A program made the position numbers and the translations under genes. 53,851 bases of DNA. It comes from an uncultured Propionibacteriaceae bacterium. Its GTDB lineage: Bacteria; Actinomycetota; Actinomycetes; Propionibacteriales; Propionibacteriaceae. The stretch lies in contig CAYMMF010000001.1 of assembly GCA_964391475.1 (NCBI GenBank), positions 1-53,851 of the forward strand. The letters run 5' to 3'. Below the pieces are notes generated by a model. The model saw nothing but the letters and a program-made list of their open reading frames with translations. It searched no databases and was not told where the DNA came from. Numbering within the stretch: position 1 is the first letter of the stretch; each line of letters starts with the position of its first letter. Of the stretch, positions 48,206 through 53,851 are shown piece after piece.

Positions 48206-50649
48206 CCGAACGTTCGCGTCCCGACCGCAGCGACAGGTTGCAACAGCGGCGTCCCCGAGCCGTCCCGCTTTCCGGTGGCCGGAGGCAAAGTGATTGGGGA
48301 GCCGCTGTCGGCGGCAGCTATCGCGGGTTTGGGTCCGGCCCATCCCATCAGCAAGACCGTTTCGCCCTTTAGGAACCGGTGGCACCGGACGCCCCCAGTG
48401 GCCCGGCCCTTGCTGGGGTATTCGTCGAAATCAGTGAGTTTCACCATGCCGGATTCGGTGCCCGGCAACGCCGTTCCTGACCCTGAGATGGTGATGACGA
48501 CGGAGTGTTCGAGAGACGGCGCACCGAAGAATATGGTGGACGCTCCCGCCGCTAGTTTGATGCCAGCCATCCCGCCCCCGGAGCGTCCTTGTGGGCGAAC
48601 AACGGAAGCCGGGAAGTGAAGTAACTGGGCGTCCGAACTGATGAAGCAAAGCTCAGCATTCTCATCAGCCAGTTCGAGCGCACCCACAACAAAGTCGCCG
48701 TCGTCCAACCGGATGATCTCCCAGGCGTCCTTGTTCGTGAGGATCTCGGGGTTGACTCGTTTCACAACGCCTCTGCTTGTGCCTAAAGCCCAACCGCGAG
48801 TTTCATCGTTCAGCGTCGTGAGCGCCAGCGGACGCTCACCTGGATCCAACGAAAGCAGTTCCGTGGCGGGGGAGCCGCCCTGCAGGTGCGGAGCGTCCAC
48901 GGTCAACGGGACTGACGGCAGCTCGATCGCGTGAGCCCGCACCACCCTGCCCGCTGAGGTCAGGACGCCGTACTCGCCCCGAGCTGTGGTCTTCACTGCA
49001 CTGAGCAGTACGTCGTGGTTGCTGCGCCCTCCCGTGGACGGCAGCGGATTGGCACCTTCTGTTCTTGCCAGCAAACCTGCCGAACCCAACATGACCCAGC
49101 AGGGGTCGTCCGCGATCTCAAGCGGCCCGGTTGCGGCCGCTGCTACTGCTTGCCCGCCGCCTGCCAACAGCACCGTCCGCCTCGGAGTCCCGTGTTCGCG
49201 CGCCACCTCGTCGAGTTCCCGAGCAACTAAAGATCGAAGCTCGTCGTCGCTGGAGATGATCGAATCCAGCTCCGCCAGAATGCGCTCCAACTCGTCGCGA
49301 CGTTGCTCCAGTTCGATGCGACTGAACTTGGTCAGCCTGCGAAGACGAAGGTCAAGGATGTACGTGGCCTGCGCGTCCGTCAGCTCGAACGCTTCGATCA
49401 GGCGAGCTCGGGCACTGGCAACGTCATCGGATGAACGGATGATGGCGATCACATCGTCAATGTCGGCGATCGCGATGATGAGGCCCTGAATCAGGTGCAG
49501 TTCATCCGCCGCTTCGCGGTGCTGAAACCGGGTGCGTCGCAGTGTCACATCTAGCCGGTGGTCTGCGTAGACGCGTAACGCGTCTCCGAGCGAGAGAGTC
49601 TGCGGTTGCCCGTCCACCAAGGCCACCATGTTGATGCCGAATGAGTCCTCAAGCTTGGTGATTTTATACAGCTGCTCTAAAAGCGCATCAGGATTGATCC
49701 CGTTCTTGACCTCGATGACGAGCTGGGTTCCGTGCACAAGATCTGTGAGGTCTTTGACGTCAGCGATGCCCGTCAGCTTCTTGGCCTGAACCGCCGCCTT
49801 GATCTGCTCCATGATTCGTTCCGGACCGATCAGGTAGGGGAGTTCAGTCACCACTATGCCGCGGCGTCTCGGTGAAACCTGCTCGATTCGTGCGGTAGCC
49901 CGCACCCGGAATGTGCCGCGCCCGGTGTTGTACGCGTCCGCGATCCCGTCCAAGCCGACGATCTTGCCACCGGTGGGAAGATCGGGGCCGGGGATGAACC
50001 GCATCAAGTCAGCCACGCTGGCGTCGGGATGTCGCAACAGATGCTTCAAAGCCTGAACGCATTCGATCAGGTTGTGGGGAGGGATGTTGGTTGCCATGCC
50101 CACTGCGATTCCCGTGGAGCCGTTGACCAAAAGATTGGGAAAGGCTGCGGGTAGAACCACTGGCTCGCGCTGCTTGCCGTCGTAGTTCGGCTTGAAGTCC
50201 ACGGTGTCTTGATCGAGACCTCTAGTCATCGCAACGGCAGCCTTCGCCATCCGGCATTCGGTGTACCGCATGGCGGCCGGTCCGGCGTCCAGAGAGCCGA
50301 AGTTCCCGTGCCCGTCCACGACCGGGAGCCGAACCGAAAAGTCTTGACCCAGCCGGACAAGCGCGTCGTAGATCGCGGAATCGCCGTGCGGGTGCAACTT
50401 GCCCATGACGTCACCGACAACCCGTGCGCATTTCACATGCGGACGATCAGGACGAAGCCCCATTTCGTTCATCGAGAACAGGATGCGTCTTTGGACGGGT
50501 TTGAGCCCGTCGCGTGCATCCGGAAGCGCTCGCGCGTAGATAACCGAGTAGGCGTATTCGAGGAAGCTGGATTCCATCTCGTCAGAGATGTCGACGTCTA
50601 TTATCTTCTCGCTGAAATCGTCATCGATTGCGGACGACTTCCTCACCAT
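48166..50649 (-). CDS. parC: DNA topoisomerase IV subunit A (GyrA paralogue)
   Basis: [29 protein letters not shown] catalytic tyrosine, beta-pinwheel CTD without a canonical first-blade GyrA box. Confidence 0.88.
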   Translation of the reverse strand: MVRKSSAIDDDFSEKIIDVDISDEMESSFLEYAYSVIYARALPDARDGLKPVQRRILFSMNEMGLRPDRPHVKCARVVGDVMGKLHPHGDSAIYDALVRLGQDFSVRLPVVDGHGNFGSLDAGPAAMRYTECRMAKAAVAMTRGLDQDTVDFKPNYDGKQREPVVLPAAFPNLLVNGSTGIAVGMATNIPPHNLIECVQALKHLLRHPDASVADLMRFIPGPDLPTGGKIVGLDGIADAYNTGRGTFRVRATARIEQVSPRRRGIVVTELPYLIGPERIMEQIKAAVQAKKLTGIADVKDLTDLVHGTQLVIEVKNGINPDALLEQLYKITKLEDSFGINMVALVDGQPQTLSLGDALRVYADHRLDVTLRRTRFQHREAADELHLIQGLIIAIADIDDVIAIIRSSDDVASARARLIEAFELTDAQATYILDLRLRRLTKFSRIELEQRRDELERILAELDSIISSDDELRSLVARELDEVAREHGTPRRTVLLAGGGQAVAAAATGPLEIADDPCWVMLGSAGLLARTEGANPLPSTGGRSNHDVLLSAVKTTARGEYGVLTSAGRVVRAHAIELPSVPLTVDAPHLQGGSPATELLSLDPGERPLALTTLNDETRGWALGTSRGVVKRVNPEILTNKDAWEIIRLDDGDFVVGALELADENAELCFISSDAQLLHFPASVVRPQGRSGGGMAGIKLAAGASTIFFGAPSLEHSVVITISGSGTALPGTESGMVKLTDFDEYPSKGRATGGVRCHRFLKGETVLLMGWAGPKPAIAAADSGSPITLPPATGKRDGSGTPLLQPVAAVGTRTFGQNLCSTNPVSTS

Positions 50650-50734
50650 GGTTTCCTCTTCCCCGTTAAAGCGGATGTCACGCGTCCATCCCAGATCACC
50701 TGCCGCTGGCTACAGACACCGCTGTGCGCGTTCT

Positions 50735-51766
50735 TCACTGAGATAGAACTCTGCCCAGGCCAGACAGCAGGCCGCGTCCGTCCGAAGCTCGAACCACTGG
50801 GATCTCGTCAAGAGTGGGCTCGTCTGACTTTAGGGGTTCGACGGTCCCATGAGCCAGGAATTGCTCAGTAACCGTTAGTTGACGAATCGCAATCGCCCGC
50901 ACCCGGCCGGGATTCTGCTGGGCAAAGTCTGAGTACAACTGGGGGTCGTGTTGGCCATCGTCGCCAACCAACACCCACCGAATTCGAGGGAAGTCCGCTG
51001 ACAACTGCAGTAGCGCTCTGCGCTTGTGAGACTGCCCGGATCGGAACCATCCGGTGTTTGTCGGGCCCCAATCAGTAAGTAGCATCGGACCGATCGGGTA
51101 TCTGTGCCGCTTCAGAAAGCGCACGATGAAGGCGTGCGTGTTCCAAGCTCCGGTGGATAGATAAAACATGGGCGCGCCAGGATGCTCAGCAATCAATGAG
51201 TTGTAGAGCACAGCCATGCCCGGAATTGCTTGGCGGGCCGACTCGGTTCGTATGAACGTGTTCCAAGCTGCGATGAACGGACGAGGCAGCCAGGTGGATA
51301 GAACGGTGTCGTCAATGTCGCTGACGATTCCGAATTCAGCCTGCTCATCGATGATCGTGACGTTTGCCGTCGTGGGTTCTGAGGTCACAGACGCGACGAC
51401 CGCTTGGTGCCAACCAGGCTCCAAGCCATGGTTCCTCAACCGGTGATCTATGTAACCTCCTCGATCGGTGGTGCCGCTCACCTCGGTGTTCCCCAATGAG
51501 ATGGTGTACCGGGCGTTGACGCAAACTGCGGTGATGAAGTTACGCCAGCCCCTGCGTCGGAGGAATTCTTCAGCAACCTGCCCGAGTTGGCTGTCGCTTA
51601 GGTCGGGGGCAAGGACCACTCGTCCTAGGATCCTGGCATTGTCAGCGGAGCCGTAGCCGGTGTAGGCGATGACTCGTTCTTTCCATCCGAGTCTGCGAAA
51701 GAACCGCTCTACGCGGACATTGAGTACCTGCTCGATGCGCGCAGCGATGAACGGTCGGTTACTCAT
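50735..51766 (-). CDS. App1-family (DUF2183) phosphatidate phosphatase-like protein
   Basis: VSDIDDT, YLSTGAWN, LVGDDGQHDP motifs; start set at ATG 51766. Confidence 0.85.
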   Translation of the reverse strand: MSNRPFIAARIEQVLNVRVERFFRRLGWKERVIAYTGYGSADNARILGRVVLAPDLSDSQLGQVAEEFLRRRGWRNFITAVCVNARYTISLGNTEVSGTTDRGGYIDHRLRNHGLEPGWHQAVVASVTSEPTTANVTIIDEQAEFGIVSDIDDTVLSTWLPRPFIAAWNTFIRTESARQAIPGMAVLYNSLIAEHPGAPMFYLSTGAWNTHAFIVRFLKRHRYPIGPMLLTDWGPTNTGWFRSGQSHKRRALLQLSADFPRIRWVLVGDDGQHDPQLYSDFAQQNPGRVRAIAIRQLTVTEQFLAHGTVEPLKSDEPTLDEIPVVRASDGRGLLSGLGRVLSQ

Positions 51767-51884
51767 GAGCGCCAACCCTAGCCTGGTGGGGTGCTTACCA
51801 TGGACGACAACCGACCACCGGCGTCCTCTGCGACGCCAACAGCTGGCTTTTGGTACAAGCCCATTTGGGTGGGAGAATGCACCA

Positions 51885-52451
51885 ATGACCACACGCGTGT
51901 TACCCAGGGATCTTAGGAAAGCCATCCATGGGTGCGGGTATTTCCCCGAGTTCGTGGAAGCGACCGTGGAACAGTCCGTTGGCGATGAGGAAGTTCTCTC
52001 TTCTCTGGTGCACCACGAGACCACCTTCAACCGCGACGAAATTCGCAGACACGTGACCGTCTTGGTGTTGACGCCGACCCGTCTACTGGTTGGTCACACT
52101 GACGACGGAGATACCCCCGGCGTTACACAAGCTGTCTCTACGGTTGAATCGGTACCGCTTCGTAAGATCACCTCGGTGGCGTTGTCCCAGATCGCCACAC
52201 ACCCAGAGCGCTATGTCGCGGGCGGCGGTGGTGTGGACGAGGCGTGGTTGTCCGTTGCCTGGGGAGTGATCAGGCGCATGGAGATCGATCCCACGGTTTG
52301 TAGCGACCCCCATTGCGAAGCCGATCACGGAATGACGGCCCAAGACGTGGCGGACGATCTCACTCTTCGAGTGAGTTCTACTGGCGACGGTGCGTCCACC
52401 GTGAAACAACTCATCGACTTCGCGGTCGCGTTACAACGAGCCACTGGGTAA
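51885..52451 (+). CDS. DUF5998-like conserved actinobacterial protein
   Basis: GYFPE, HHETTF, RRHVTVLVLTPTRL, CSDPHCEADHG. Confidence 0.8.
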   Translation: MTTRVLPRDLRKAIHGCGYFPEFVEATVEQSVGDEEVLSSLVHHETTFNRDEIRRHVTVLVLTPTRLLVGHTDDGDTPGVTQAVSTVESVPLRKITSVALSQIATHPERYVAGGGGVDEAWLSVAWGVIRRMEIDPTVCSDPHCEADHGMTAQDVADDLTLRVSSTGDGASTVKQLIDFAVALQRATG

Positions 52452-52454
52452 GCC

Positions 52455-53573
52455 ATGGATTCACCGCTGATTCCCCAGTACGGACGATCAACCCTTTCTG
52501 ACGTGCTTCCCAGCGTGGCGACAGCCCTTGGTGCACCGGGGGCTTGGCAGAACGTATTGGGGCTACCCGAAGCGGCCAGATACGTGATTTTTCTGGTTGA
52601 TGGCTTGGGTTTCTACCAGGTCAATGCTGAGGCTGAGGTGGCGCCCTTCCTGTCTGAGCTGATGTCTTCGTCTGCGACCATCACCAGCGGCGCGCCGAGT
52701 ACAACCGCGACGAGCATTACCAGCCTGGGGACGGGGTTGGTGCCCGGTCAGCATGGCATCGCCGGGTACGCGTTCCGGCACCCATTCGACGGTAGTTTCT
52801 TGAACGCGTTGTTGTGGCAGGACGGGTTGTCTGCGCTTGATGTCCAGCCGAGACTGACCGTGTTTGAGCGGCTAGCGTCCGCCGGCATCCCGTCCAGCAT
52901 TGTTGTTCCGGAACGCTTCGAAGGGACGGGGCTAACCGAATCAGCGCTTAGAGGGTCTCAGTTCCTGGGCGTCGAGGTCGAAGATGACATTGCAAGACGC
53001 ATCGAACTGATGGTGGATTCAGCGGTCTCCGGTGACAGGTCGCTGGTGTACGTCTATGAGCGTGAGCTGGACCACACGGGGCACAGTATGGGTTGGCAGT
53101 CAGAACAGTGGCGCGCCCAACTGGCCAGGGTCGACAAGATCTTGGCGACTATGCGAAACATCCTGCCCGACGACGTGCGCCTGCTGGTGACTGGCGACCA
53201 CGGAATGATCGATGTTCCCGATACTCACCGGTTGATCATTGAGGAGGAACCGGATCTGGTGGCTGACCTGGATTTGGTCGCCGGAGAAGGCCGATTCCGG
53301 CAGGTTTACACTTCCAAACCAGACGCGGTTGCCGCCAGGTGGCGAGATCGTTTGGGCGATGGCGCGTGGGTTAGGACTCGCACCGAAGCATTCGAAGAGG
53401 GCTGGTTTGGTGACGTCAGCAACTTCGTGGCGGGCAGGTTCGGCGACGTGGTTGCAGCGATGCGAGGGGACGCCGCACTCATGACCGCAACCCAAGAGCG
53501 AGAATTCACGCTGGTCGGGATGCACGGTTCGCTCACACCGGAAGAGATGACCGTTCCGTTGATCGTGTGCTGA
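52455..53573 (+). CDS. alkaline phosphatase superfamily / type I phosphodiesterase-nucleotide pyrophosphatase
   Basis: LVDGLG, PSTT nucleophile, DHTGH, TGDHG, GMHGS. Confidence 0.88.
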   Translation: MDSPLIPQYGRSTLSDVLPSVATALGAPGAWQNVLGLPEAARYVIFLVDGLGFYQVNAEAEVAPFLSELMSSSATITSGAPSTTATSITSLGTGLVPGQHGIAGYAFRHPFDGSFLNALLWQDGLSALDVQPRLTVFERLASAGIPSSIVVPERFEGTGLTESALRGSQFLGVEVEDDIARRIELMVDSAVSGDRSLVYVYERELDHTGHSMGWQSEQWRAQLARVDKILATMRNILPDDVRLLVTGDHGMIDVPDTHRLIIEEEPDLVADLDLVAGEGRFRQVYTSKPDAVAARWRDRLGDGAWVRTRTEAFEEGWFGDVSNFVAGRFGDVVAAMRGDAALMTATQEREFTLVGMHGSLTPEEMTVPLIVC

Positions 53574-53689
53574 AACTCCGGCTGGTTGCTCCTGACTAGG
53601 ACGCTCCTATGTGTTGTCCAGTCGTTTCTCGAGGATTCGAGACCCTGACTCCGTCGCGGTCCCTGAGGTTGGGAAAGCCCCCGTATGGC

Positions 53690-53756
53690 AAGGGCCTCAG
53701 CCAACCGGGCGAAGGGCCTCACCCACCCGAGGGTTCAAGAAGGGCGCAGCCCGACG
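53690..53756 (+). repeat. three degenerate direct repeats beginning AAGGGC
   Basis: AAGGGCCTCAGCCAACCG (53690), AAGGGCCTCACCCACCCG (53712), AAGGGCGCAGCCCGACG (53740). Confidence 0.55.
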
Positions 53757-53793
53757 ATTCTGGTGCCTCATTCGGGTTTTCGCCTGTTTTCTC

Positions 53794-53833
53794 GTCCACC
53801 AACCCCCCGTTAGGTTCACCAACCCTCCGATAA
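53794..53833 (+). repeat. 20-bp tandem direct repeat
   Basis: GTCCACCAACCCCCCGTTAG / GTTCACCAACCCTCCGATAA, 16 of 20 identical. Confidence 0.65.
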
Positions 53834-53851
53834 GTCACAGGCGCATGGTTC

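Noticed and set aside
45595-50649. Calling the type II topoisomerase genes gyrB and gyrA
   Set aside because: They are not at the dnaA-recF locus, they are split and convergent, and the A subunit lacks a canonical first-blade GyrA box; this fits actinobacterial topoisomerase IV
53609-53833. 74-aa ORF in the terminal intergenic region
   Set aside because: No SD or recognisable motifs; Pro/Ser/Gly-rich translation of repeat DNA

Overview
Core-chromosome segment of a high-GC actinobacterium. Gene content, gene order and the AT-hook-bearing LexA suggest Propionibacteriaceae (Tessaracoccus/Arachnia-like; inference, not a database result). About 45 CDSs in order: leuC(partial)-leuD-ddl-thiL-ftsK; alaA-type aminotransferase; rimO-pgsA-cinA(C-term)-clgR-DUF3046-recA-recX-miaB; MT0933-like protein; miaA-dapF-hflX-dinG; metB; lexA; a LexA-divergent membrane protein; nrdR-nrdJ; a small accessory block (CxxC membrane protein, Cof-HAD/inositol monophosphatase fusion, patatin, ArsR, acyltransferase, AEC transporter, YbjN-like chaperone, USP, L,D-transpeptidase); hrpA-PAC2-tesB; group 2 sigma factor; ptrB; sigA; GNAT; small Zn-finger protein; topoisomerase IV parE and parC flanking a beta-carbonic anhydrase; App1-like phosphatase; DUF5998; a phosphodiesterase. 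I saw no rRNA, tRNA, CRISPR array, transposase, intein or prophage. The most interesting signals are regulatory or architectural: (1) a consensus PafBC/RecA-NDp DNA-damage promoter in front of metB, directly downstream of lexA; (2) a patatin gene co-transcribed with a double-phosphatase (HAD-IIB + IMPase) fusion; (3) a CsoR/CstR-type operator over the promoter of an uncharacterised CxxC membrane protein; (4) a perfect DnaA box at recA and a phased array of DnaA-box-like 9-mers in the nrdR-nrdJ leader; (5) an AT-hook on LexA. Functional calls come from motif recognition by eye; no searches were run, and novelty relative to the literature is unverified.
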